NCBI RefSeq assembly: GCF_006345805.1
Contig: NC_043010.1
Span: 57,970,001 to 58,034,000 of the forward strand
DNA: 64,000 nt
From: Octopus sinensis
Taxonomy: Eukaryota
Direction: 5' to 3'
A model generated the notes under the pieces. That model was not told the origin of the DNA and searched no databases. It worked only from the letters and a program-made list of their open reading frames with translations. Each line of letters begins with the position of its first letter. The first letter of the stretch is position 1. Below are positions 54,988 to 64,000 of this stretch, piece by piece. The position numbers were made by a program, and so were the translations under genes.

Positions 54988-56290
54988 GAACTTTGATGAT
55001 GTGAAGATCTAATTAATACTTCAAGCTAGAATTATATAATTCATCTTTCTATTTTACACTGACACCTATGTACAAATGATCCACAACCTGGTTTCCTTAA
55101 CCTGGAACTACAAAGGCACAAGTTTAAGACCATAGACGACATATCTATAACTGAATAAAGTATCTCTATAGTAACATATATTGTTAGGGGGGAATCAATT
55201 AAAGACATCAGCAGCAAATGAACCCACCTTTGAATTGCTTTTATGTCTAATCTCATCCCCGCCCCACCCCCTCTTGACTAATCTCCCTGTAACACATTGA
55301 CTTGTAACAAAAGTATAAGACCCGCAATTTTTGTTATTGTGTCAGCAATTGGTAATTAAATTTAACCCCCAATATATATCTGGTATTTATTCATTGTAGT
55401 GATGTTGGAACAGTAAAAAAAGGTATGTCAAGCATGATGTTAAGATATTAACCAAGAAACGAGGTTGTTGTTGTTGATGTTGTTTGTGTTGTTGTTGTCA
55501 TTGTTGCCTTTATTGTTGTTGTTTCAATTGTTGCTGTTGTTGTTGTTGTTCAGGTATTTAATAGATGAATATCACCCAGTTCTTTGTTGTATTGAAGTGT
55601 CTTCTGAAACTGTCCAGTTTTTTTTTTTGTTATGTTTTTTTATCACCAACAGACCAGGTCAGGTTGAGATAGAGTCTTTTTTCAGTAGTAGTAATGGTAG
55701 TATTAGTATTAGTAGTAGTAGTTGTTGTTGTTGGTGTTGTTGTTGATATTGTCGTTAAGTAACCTCGGTTAGTTTCGGTCAAACTGACCGATGGAAGGGA
55801 AGTAGGAACCTACTATGGAACGTCTTGGAAAGTTGGTCACTTGTATTCCACGGTTTTACCATCAACGGGCAGGGATAGGTTGCTGCCGAGTCTAGCTTGT
55901 GGTAGATGGTTGTTGTTGTGGTTGAAGTTGGGTAGCCCCGGTCAGCCCTGCTCAAGTAGACCTGTGGTGGGTAAAACACTGGAGTAAGTCTGACCTACCT
56001 CATCACAGATGCCCTACCCATAATATATACATGCTCCACACACACACACACATACACCAACACTGCATTCATCATCATCATCACCACTACCACCATCACC
56101 AGCACCACCACCACCATCACCATCATCATCATTGCCATTTCTGGTTTCCCAAATGAAATCGAGTGGATCTGTTCCACACAGTATATTGTATGCAATAGTT
56201 GTAGAAAGTCCCACCGCCATCTTCTAGAAACAAGCACTCTCTCTTCTCCCTTTCTTTCTCCAGTCCTTATGTGTAATTGAAGTCTTCGCA

Positions 56291-56530
56291 CAGGTGGAAC
56301 ATTGCTCACAAAGGTGCAAAATGGTTCACACCAGAGAAAAATTGCTCACGCAGGTGCAACATTGTTTACAGAGGTGCCACATTGCTCATACAGGTGGAAA
56401 ATTACTCATACAGGTGCAACATTGTTCACACAGGTGGACCATTGCTCACATAGGTGCAACATTGCTCACACAGTGCACAGGTGCAACATTGCTCAAACAG
56501 GTGGGACAGACCACACAAAGGTGTAACATT
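56291..56530. repeat. 20-bp minisatellite (CAGGTGCAACATTGCTCACA), ~12 units, degenerating to ~56790
   Basis: Exact 20-bp register from 56291 to 56470; further CAGGTG-centred units up to 56778. Confidence 0.93.
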
Positions 56531-56894
56531 CATTGTGCATATCTAACATTCTCAACAACAGTGCAACTGGCTCCACACACCTATGACATCATTCACAGGT
56601 GTATGACTGTCTACATTCCTACCCAGGTCATCACACAGGTGTGACTGTCTCCACGCAGAATGATGGATTATATCCACATATGTTTGACATTCTCCAAGCA
56701 ACCGCAGCATTAACATAAGTAAAATGTCTCAATATAGCTGTGTTACCTGTTACAGGTGTGTCCCTTGTCACACAGGTGTAACAATTCTCATATGGGTGGG
56801 AATCACAACACAGATTTATTTAAAACCAACAACACTAAATGCTGCCAACACATTTGTACCCCTATAAAATCCCACATTTACAATATATAAGGCA

Positions 56895-57020
56895 AATTGG
56901 CAGAGATGTTAGAGCACTGGATAACATGTCTCGTAGCATTTGTTTTGACTCTTTATATTCTGAGTTCAAATCCCACCAAAGTCAATTTTGCCTTTCATCT
57001 TTTCAGGACCAATAAAACTA
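56895..57020 (+). mobile_element. SINE family D 5' half
   Basis: tggcagagatgttagagcac..tgagttcaaatccc..gtcaattttgcctttcatcttttcagg. Confidence 0.75.
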
Positions 57021-57489
57021 TACTAAATCCTGTAGAATGAGTTGGAGAAACTGTTAGAAGATGGGACACAATACCTTGTGGTATTTGATCCCTCCCTTTG
57101 TGTTCTGACAGCAACATATGTGACCACACACACACTGGTACCAACCTGTATCAACTTTTCCCTTCTATAAACATCGGTGATGAAGAGGGGTGGATGGGGG
57201 AGACTTATATGTTTGGACAACTGACCGTCTTCCTCACAAAATATTCTCCAGGCTTGCACACCACGCATGTGTAGGGGCATGGTACACTTTGACCAAAGGA
57301 AACCCCATAGAGATACACATTTACTCAACAACAACAACTCACGTCTATTTCTGCCAAGTTGTCCTCCATCTCACAACACAATCTACAAAAACATCTTGCA
57401 AAAGCTCATAGTCACCAATCTCAAATATTGCAACACTTCAGGTCATAACAAGCTTATTATTGATATCACAACAAACTACTGAAGGTATC

Positions 57490-57498
57490 ACTTACCAG
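57490..57498 (-). other. Probable 5' splice donor ending the protocadherin large exon (CTG|GTAAGT, phase 0)
   Basis: Minus strand reads GTT TTA CTG|GTAAGT, a perfect intronic consensus; the ORF stops 9 codons later (TGA at 57468-57466). Confidence 0.8.
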
Positions 57499-59910
57499 TA
57501 AAACTGAAGGGGGCCTTCTTTCTGTAGTAGAGGTAGTCCATTCACTTTGGGACTCGTACTGAGGGTAAAAACCACTTTTTGATTCCATAAATTGTGTATT
57601 TCTGTTCCTCATTTCAGTTGATTGTCTTGTTTGGGTTCTTGTTGTGGCCACAGGTTTCTTAGTTGTGCAGGTATAATGACTTTTCTCTCTGTCGGAGCTG
57701 ATTTCTGTAATGTACTGTGTACCTCTGTCGTTATTACACCTCACCACACACAGTGTGATGGACACCACTACGGCTACTGACACTATTACTGCTGCTGTTA
57801 CAATAATGATGACCCAGGTCAAGTTGATCATGTTGTCAGATTGTGACTGAAAATTTTTCAGGGCTGGAGACGTTTTGTTGCTGACGGTCAGTGTTAAAGA
57901 TAATGTTACTCTTGCTGTCAGAGCTGGTGTGCCACTGTCTCTGACAGTGATCTGTAGTTTGTAAGTACCAGCATCATTTTGGTAAACTGTTCGAGCAAAA
58001 GACAGCGCCCCAGAATAAGGGTTTACTGTGAAAAGCTGCTTGTTGTTTCCTCCAAGAATTTCATATTGAAGGAACGCATTTAAATGACTGTCCCTGTCTG
58101 AAGCCCTTAAAACAGTAATCTCTTTTTTACTTTGGGGATGATAGTGGACATCAAGGCTGAAAGGGTCCGAACTAGGGAAGGTGAAATAAGGGGCATTATC
58201 ATTCTCATCTAAAACTTCTACAATCACATTGGCTGTGTTATTTAATGAAGGATTCCCGTTGTCTTTGACAAATACTTGGAACTTATAAACATTTTGTTGT
58301 TCTCTATCCAGTGGTATAGTGGTTGAGATAAAACCATAATCAGTTATCTGGAATGGTATCACATGTTTGCTGGTACTCAACAGAGAAAAAGTCAGTTGAC
58401 CTCCAGCTCCCATATCAGGGTCAGTAGCATTTATAAAACCAATGGGGAAGTTTGTTTTCCCATTTTCATAAGTCAGAAATTTAAACGATTCTTTTGTAAA
58501 TTGTGGCTGTACATCGTTGACATCCATTACTTCAATGGAGAACTGTCTCTGAGTCTGTAAAGGAGGGGATCCTTTGTCTTCGCAAGAAATTGTTATGTCA
58601 TACCTATCTTGTTTCTCTCTGTCAACAAGTTTCTTTAATGTAATTTTATATTCTTTTAAACCTAATTCTAAAAGAAGGAACTTATCATGGTGTAGGCTAC
58701 ATTCCACCTCACCATTCTGTCCAACATCATTATCAATAATACTGACATACGCTATGTAACTGCCGACTTTGATTCCTTCAGAAATGGCTGCTGTATTCTC
58801 TTTCTCTTTTATCGGAGTGACAAAGTTGACATCTATTTCTGGTGCCATGTTGTGTTGGTTGATGACATTTACCAAAACCATGGCTATGGAACTGAGAGGG
58901 GCACTGCCACCATCTGTGGCTCGTACAAACAATTCATAAGTCTTTTTATGTTCTGCTCTAAGATCCTTCTGTAAAAATATCTCACCTGTATCTCGATTGA
59001 GTCTAAAGTAAGATTTCACACTTTCAGGTGTTTCAGAACTAAACTGGTATGACACTTTACCATTCTCTCCTGAATCAAGATCTCTCGCTGACAACATTAA
59101 GATGGCCCCATTTCTCTGGTGAGTATTCTTTACAGAAATATTGAAAATATCTCGACTAAAGACAGGCGGATTGTCATTGACATCTGTCACAGTTATATGA
59201 ACATCTAAAACACCTTGTTTTGGAGGGTAACCTCCATCTTTGGCAATTATTTGTACATTGTAAGAGTCTCTGACCTCACGGTCTAATGTTTTCATCAGAA
59301 CTATACCTAACTCAGAAGTTCCTGTTATTCGTTTAATTACTGACAATGTAAAAGGTTCTTTTTCTTCCATTTTAAGTTGGTATTTAATTTTGGAATATGG
59401 AACCCCAATATCCTTGTCAATAGCATTTGGAATAGAAATCTTCATTCCTTCCTTGTCCCCTTCAGAGAACTGGATGTTGGCAAACTTTTCAGGAAATTCT
59501 GGTCGGTTATCATTAACATCTTGTATAACAACTTTAATCTTCAGTACTTTCATAAAAGTTTCAGCTTTTCGAACTGCCACTTTGACTATTTTGGAACATT
59601 CCATTTTATATGAACACAGGGACTCAGCATCTAGTGATTGTGCTGTGTGCAGTTTACCTTTCTTGGTCACATTGAACAAGCGGAAACTGTCTGACAGTCT
59701 TTGTTCCAACTGGCTGAACGTTATAAGATTGTGATCTTGGAATGGTATTTTGTCCATCAAGTGTAAGTCTGTAGCGATGTCTCCCACATACGCTCCAGGT
59801 CCCTTCCCTTCTTCCACATGGTAGGTAATGTCTACACAGAGGCAGCAGTGAAGAACCAAGGAAAGTATTGCCGCTGTGTGAAGGACATCTTGTCTTTTTA
59901 TTCTCTTCAT
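57496..59910 (-). CDS. Protocadherin (cephalopod expanded-family type), large exon: signal peptide, EC1-EC6, TM, proximal cytoplasmic tail; 805 codons ending at a phase-0 splice donor
   Basis: Uninterrupted ORF (track 57466..59964, which opens on a TTG; first in-frame ATG is 59910). Signal peptide MKRIKRQDVLHTAAILSLVLHCCLC. Cadherin linkers DVNDNRPEF, DVNDNPPVF, DVNDVQPQF, DENDNAPYF; LDRE and A.D.G.P motifs; EC1 C-x5-C loop (CSYKMEC); TM WVIIIVTAAVIVSVAVVVSITLCVV. No ortholog symbol assignable. Confidence 0.97.
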
Positions 59911-59942
59911 CACTAAAAAATTGGTCAATGAACAAAAGCATT

Positions 59943-59964
59943 CTGAAATGAAAGAAGAAATCAA
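59943..59964 (-). other. Probable 3' splice acceptor at the start of the protocadherin large exon
   Basis: Minus strand TTGATTTCTTCTTTCATTTCAG|AATGC: polypyrimidine tract plus CAG, about 30 nt upstream of the ATG; implies an upstream exon. Confidence 0.7.
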
Positions 59965-60276
59965 CCATTAGTCACCGATAATGTCAACAACGGCATAAAA
60001 GGTAAGCAATAATAGGAATTTGTTTAAGAGTTAGAACAAGAACAGAGACATTATGGTACTGTCTAAGCAATACTATACAACAATGAAAGGGTCATTCTAT
60101 CTGAAAGTAATCCCTGGTGAAAAATTGTTTAAGAGCTGTAACATGATAAAATGATACTGGGCCCGTCGACAAGTATAGCACTTACAGTGTACCTATTTGT
60201 TTAAATCACCAGTGAACTAAACCCCTCATATTCTATATATATACACACACACACATATACATATATAGAATATGAG

Positions 60277-60325
60277 GGGTACAACATAAGTTTCAACCCA
60301 TTTGTCTGGGTCTCATCAGGTAACC
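60277..60325 (-). ncRNA. Minimal type-I hammerhead ribozyme motif, catalytic core intact
   Basis: Minus strand GGUUAC-CUGAUGA-GACCCA-gacaaa-UGGGUU-GAAA-C-uuau-G-UU-GUACCC: stem I 5 of 6 pairs, CUGAUGA and GAAA core, 6-bp stem II, 1-bp stem III, GUU cleavage triplet. Activity unverified. Confidence 0.6.
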
Positions 60326-60451
60326 AATAAAGATATCTGTCTCACTACAGATTTTTAGTGTCAGCTGACTTGTTATTCATTCCCTAACTTGGTGGACATA
60401 TAACAAATCAGCCGACACTAAAAGTCTGTAGTGAGACATAGCTTTATCAAT

Positions 60452-60496
60452 GTACTTGCTGAGACCCAGACTGGTAGGTCGAAACATATGGTGTGC
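60452..60496 (+). ncRNA. Degenerate second hammerhead motif (core mutated)
   Basis: GUAC-uUGcUGA-GACCcA-gacugg-UaGGUC-GAAA-CAUAUG-gU-GUGC: palindromic CAUAUG stem/loop III and the G-C closing pair of stem II are kept, but C3, A6 and U16.1 are substituted. Confidence 0.5.
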
Positions 60497-60558
60497 CCCC
60501 AAAAGATTTAATACTGAATCCATCTCCTGTTAATTAATATTATATATATATATATATA

Positions 60559-60756
60559 TATTGTACAATATAAATAAGGTGATATTTTTTCAAATGCAGA
60601 ATTGTCATTAGAACAGCAGAAATATTGGGTAAATTATGCTTACGAAGCGGAAAAATTTGTCAACAAACATGGGACTTGAAATTTATGCAATATTTCTGCT
60701 GTTCTTATAGCAATTCTGCATTTGAAAAAATATCACCTTATTTGTACCATACAATA
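60559..60756. mobile_element. MITE-like palindrome, ~68-bp inverted arms
   Basis: aaataaggtgatattttttcaaatgcagaattg..aagaacagcagaaatattg (60559-60627) mirrors caatatttctgctgttct..caattctgcatttgaaaaaatatcaccttattt (60688-60756); adjacent to a (TA)n run. Confidence 0.85.
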
Positions 60757-60869
60757 CACATTTCAACACTTATAAAAAACAAATGTTAATTTGTATATAG
60801 ATGAATGTATACACACACACACGTATGTATGTATAGGTATATGTGCATTTATGTGAGTTACGGTCTCCT

Positions 60870-61085
60870 TGAATTGTGTGGCAGTTGTAAACGAGTGTGA
60901 CTGACATACATGCAGTGTGGTTCTTTTAGAAACTTATTGAAAACATCTGATCACGGAAAATATTGCCGTACTCGGAAACAAGTGAGGCCTGGCAATAGAA
61001 AGGGCATTAGGCTAAAGAAAAATCCACTTTGTTGAATTCTGTCTGACCCATGCAAATAGGGAAAGTGGACATTAAAAGATGATCA
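60870..61085 (+). mobile_element. SINE 3' part with an RTE-type (family C-like) tail
   Basis: aagggcatt..tctgacccatgcaaat..gaaagtggacattaaaagatgat resembles the family C tail but has a different body. Confidence 0.55.
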
Positions 61086-61734
61086 TAATAATATGTCTGT
61101 GTGTCTATGTGGAGTAAACATGACTTTCCCTCTGTAGAAGAGATAGATAGCTAGATAGAAGGATGGATGGAGAAAGAGAGAGAAAGATAGAGATATAGAT
61201 AGACAGGGAGAGAGAAATGGATAGGGTATCACTGTATTCAGAAGAGAAGTGACAGTCCCATAGCCTAAGCCACCCCAGTCAGGTGAATGGAGTTGAAGTT
61301 AGCAAAAAGATACATATGTATGGAGCATGTGGGCAGGAAAGGGTCTAGGATTTAGTTGCAGAGGGAAGCAGTTACAGGGAAGAAGGGACAGGGTGAAATA
61401 TGCAGGGCAGGGTTTCATGCTGTGAGAGAGAAACTGGGGTTAGTGGGTGCATCATGCAGATGAAGGTGGGGCTGGTTGAGATGAAGGGATGCAGCAACAG
61501 AGAAGAAACAGTGTTCGTATTTGAATGGGGGTGGGTGCAAATGGATCCTTATTGATGACAAGGATAGGCATCTTAGAGTTTAGGATATTTGTATCCACAG
61601 CAGCAGCTGACCCATCAAGCATACATGAACAGTCCTGTAGTGAGGGGCTGGAATCGTTGGGAGTCTGACGATCACTTCTCTTTCTTCTCTCATAATTCCA
61701 TTCACATAGAATATTGATTCTACCATAGTATTTG

Positions 61735-62342
61735 ACTGGTACTTATTTTATCGACCTGGGAGGAATTAAAAACAAAATCAACCCTAACAGGATTTGAACT
61801 CATTGCACAAAGTCAACAAAATATTCCAAAAACAGTGGCATGTTAACAGTTTTACCATCATTTGCTCTAATGATGATAATAATGATAATAATCCTTTAAG
61901 GTCTGAAATTTTGAGGGGTGGGTGGGGGCTGGACGATTATATCGACCTCAATGCTTGATTGGTATTGATTTTATCAGCCCCGAAAGGATGAAAAGCAAAG
62001 GCCATCTTAGTGGAATTTGAACCTAGAATGTAAAAAGGATGAAATGTTGTTAAGCATTTTCTCCAGAGTGCTAAGGGTCCTGCCAGCTGCCTGCCTTCAA
62101 CAACAACAACAACAATAATAATAATAATAATAATCCTTTTTACCAGAGGCACAAGGCCTTAAATTTTCAGGGAAGGGAGTAGTCAATTACATTGATCCCA
62201 GTGTTTTCACTGGTACTTAATTTATTGACCCCGAAAAGCAAAGTCGACCTTGGCGGAATTTGAACTCAAAACATAGTGGCAGACAAAATAGCACTAAGCA
62301 TTTCGCCCAGCGTGCTAACAATTCTGCCAGCTTGCTGCCTTT
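61735..62342 (-). mobile_element. Three tandem family D SINE copies separated by (AAT)/(AAC) runs
   Basis: Copies at ~61735-61860, 61890-62095 and 62132-62342, each with ggtact..tttat(c/t)gacc..gaatttgaac. Confidence 0.8.
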
Positions 62343-62353
62343 TAATAATAATA

Positions 62354-62850
62354 ATGATTGGTATGACCACAAACCCGAAGGCATCATAGAAATTGATAAT
62401 GCAAAGATCCTGTGGGATTTTATGATTCAGTGCAACCATGAGATAGAGAATAGGAAACCAGACATAGTCTTAATTGAGAAAGAAAACAAACTATACTGGA
62501 TCATGGAAATAGCATGCCTAGCTGACAACAAGGTATGCGATAAGGAAGAAAGAAAAGTCGAGAGATATGGGAGGTTAGCTTGGGAGGTTAAGCAGTTGTG
62601 GTCGATGAAAAAGGTGGTAGTATTACCAATAAATGTTAGAGCCCTGGGAACAGTGAGTAAAAATTTTGAGAAGTAAATGGAACAAATAAGGGCTACAATA
62701 AGGGTGGAGCACTTTCAGAAAACAGCACTGCTTGGAACTGCTCGAATACTCTGGATGGTGCTCGAAAAATAAGAGGTATTACCTTAGTTCATTAGTAGTG
62801 AACAGCCAACACTATAGTACATCTCCAGCGTTAGAAGCTGTGCAAAGGCA
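62354..62850 (+). mobile_element. R4/Dong-like non-LTR retrotransposon 3' fragment (restriction-like endonuclease domain)
   Basis: WYDHKPE..KILWDFMIQCNHEIENRKPDIVLIEK..KVERY..VRALGTV..QKTALLGTARIL: PD-(D/E)xK RLE signature. Confidence 0.88.
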
Positions 62851-62864
62851 ATGATAATACTAAT

Positions 62865-63410
62865 AATGTAGTGAATGTAGCATGCTGGCACAGAAAGATT
62901 ACAAGAAAAGACATGACAAACTAGGGAGAGTAATCCATTGGGAGCTATGTAGAAAGCTAGGATTTTATTACACTGGTAAATGGTATGAACATGAAGCTAG
63001 TAAAGTGCCAGAAAGAAAGAAATATAAGATATTGGGGGACTAACATTCAGACTGACAGAGTAATAGAAGCTAGAAGGCCTGATTTAGTAGTAGTAGATAA
63101 GGAGAATAGAAAGTGGCAGATAATTGACTTTACAGTCCCAAACGATGAAAAGATTAAAAAGAGAGGTATAGAAAAAATAGCAAAGTACCAGGACCTAGCC
63201 ATTGAATTAGAGACTATGGAATGTGGGGGTAAAATGTAACCCTGTAGTTATAGGTGCATTGGGAACTACCCCTAAAGATCTGAACAGATGCATAGAGGAA
63301 ATAAACATAAAACCCAGTTTAGTAGAGCTCCAGAAAACAGGGTTATTAGAGACAGCTAGGATACTTAGGAGGGTTCTTGACATCTAAGGTTACTTGTAGC
63401 CTGATGCTAG
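62865..63410 (+). mobile_element. Second, divergent R4/Dong-like RLE fragment
   Basis: YKKRHDKLGRVIHWELC..WYEH..NIQTDRVIEARRPDLVVVDK..IIDFTVP..KYQDLAIEL..VIGALGT..LLETARILRRVL. Confidence 0.88.
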
Positions 63411-63534
63411 GATTTTTTTCTTTTCCTACAGTTTAATCTGTTGTGTGTATATGAAACAAATAATGGTTTCTTTCATTCATTTTTTAAAACTAGCTTCTGA
63501 TCTTAAGTGATTGGAAGTGTTATCATGTGCAGGC

Positions 63535-63800
63535 TTTGACTTGTTATAAAAGATGGGCTGCAGAAAATATTCTACTCATTACCACAGATTTTCTTGGCAG
63601 TTGTTTGACCATAACCAGTTGAGCCTGTCCCTTAATGGCTGACGATATGCGCATCTCTGATCATGAGCAGAAGTAGTGGTGGGGACATAATAGCCATGTG
63701 CTAGAGAGGAATTCTTTGGGAGTTTGAATAATTCACCTCTGGAAATAGGTGTTTCATTCATCATCCTAAAACAAACCTTATTCAGGGAGGTTTTGAGTGA
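63535..63800 (+). mobile_element. Family E partial copy, inverted relative to the other two
   Basis: Reverse complement of the 22170-22380 segment (agaagtag..atagccatgtg..gaggaattctttggg..tgaataattcacctctggaaa). Confidence 0.8.
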
Positions 63801-64000
63801 GATGGGATAGTGGACCCGAAGAAAATATGATGATGAAGTACATGAACAAAAATCTGAGAAATTGGGGTATTTATTTCAATCAACCCTAATACTTCAGAGG
63901 AATTTTGCTATTGACCATGGAGGGCTGAAATGTCCCAGATGACCTCAGCAAAATTTCAGCACAGAATACAATGTATGTATAGTTCTGTCTTGAGCGCTAG

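Larger units (their letters stand above)
60276..60499. mobile_element. Palindromic element (~100-bp arms, 23-bp spacer), each arm ending in a hammerhead-ribozyme motif; probable Penelope-like/retrozyme-type remnant
   Basis: 60276-60376 is the reverse complement of 60400-60499 (roughly 80% identity by eye, e.g. tgtctcactacaga/tctgtagtgagaca). Both arms carry the hammerhead layout. Confidence 0.8.

Noticed and set aside
55772-55791. Perfect 7-bp hairpin TCGGTCA-aac-TGACCGA, reading GACC-GAAAC on the minus strand
   Set aside because: No CUGANGA precedes the stem, so it is not a hammerhead; too short to call otherwise.
56291-56530. CRISPR-like appearance of regular short repeats (also 23512-23998, 45640-46200)
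   Set aside because: Units are contiguous without unique spacers, there are no cas genes, and the context is eukaryotic.
59377-59734. Plus-strand ORFs antisense to the protocadherin (59377..59613, 59390..59734, 58363..58560)
   Set aside because: Shadow ORFs of a coding strand; no independent support.
59911-59964. N-terminal extension MISSFISECFCSLTNFLV in the ORF track
   Set aside because: Starts at a TTG inside the polypyrimidine tract of the predicted acceptor; probably intronic or UTR.
60180-60190. Minus-strand CT|GTAAGT as donor of the upstream protocadherin exon
   Set aside because: Plausible, but the exonic context is weak and there is no TSS evidence; not supportable from sequence alone.

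Overview
AT-rich eukaryotic genomic DNA, very likely from a coleoid cephalopod (Octopus-type). This is inferred from the protocadherin sequence style, the extreme (TA)n/(CA)n/(TATG)n load and the retroposon families present. There is one clear protein-coding unit: a minus-strand protocadherin large exon (ATG 59910 to splice donor 57496, 805 codons) encoding a signal peptide, 6 cadherin repeats, a TM helix and the proximal cytoplasmic tail, with a strong acceptor at 59943. The other ~57 kb is intronic or intergenic. It holds decayed CR1-like, RTE-like and R4/Dong-like LINE fragments, mariner remnants, several palindromic MITE-like elements, four or more SINE-like families (labelled A-G here; the labels are mine), and mini/microsatellites. 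Most ORFs in the supplied track are microsatellite artefacts. Main observations: (1) a ~224-bp palindrome just upstream of the protocadherin exon whose two arms each carry a minimal type-I hammerhead ribozyme motif, with the copy on the protocadherin sense strand keeping the catalytic core; (2) a 20-bp minisatellite giving 11 CAGGTG E-boxes just downstream of the exon; (3) an out-of-frame 95-codon overlapping upstream ORF; (4) a 20-bp minisatellite apparently born inside a LINE endonuclease coding sequence; (5) a mariner element built from two 3' ends. Repeat boundaries were read by eye and are approximate; no database searches were run.
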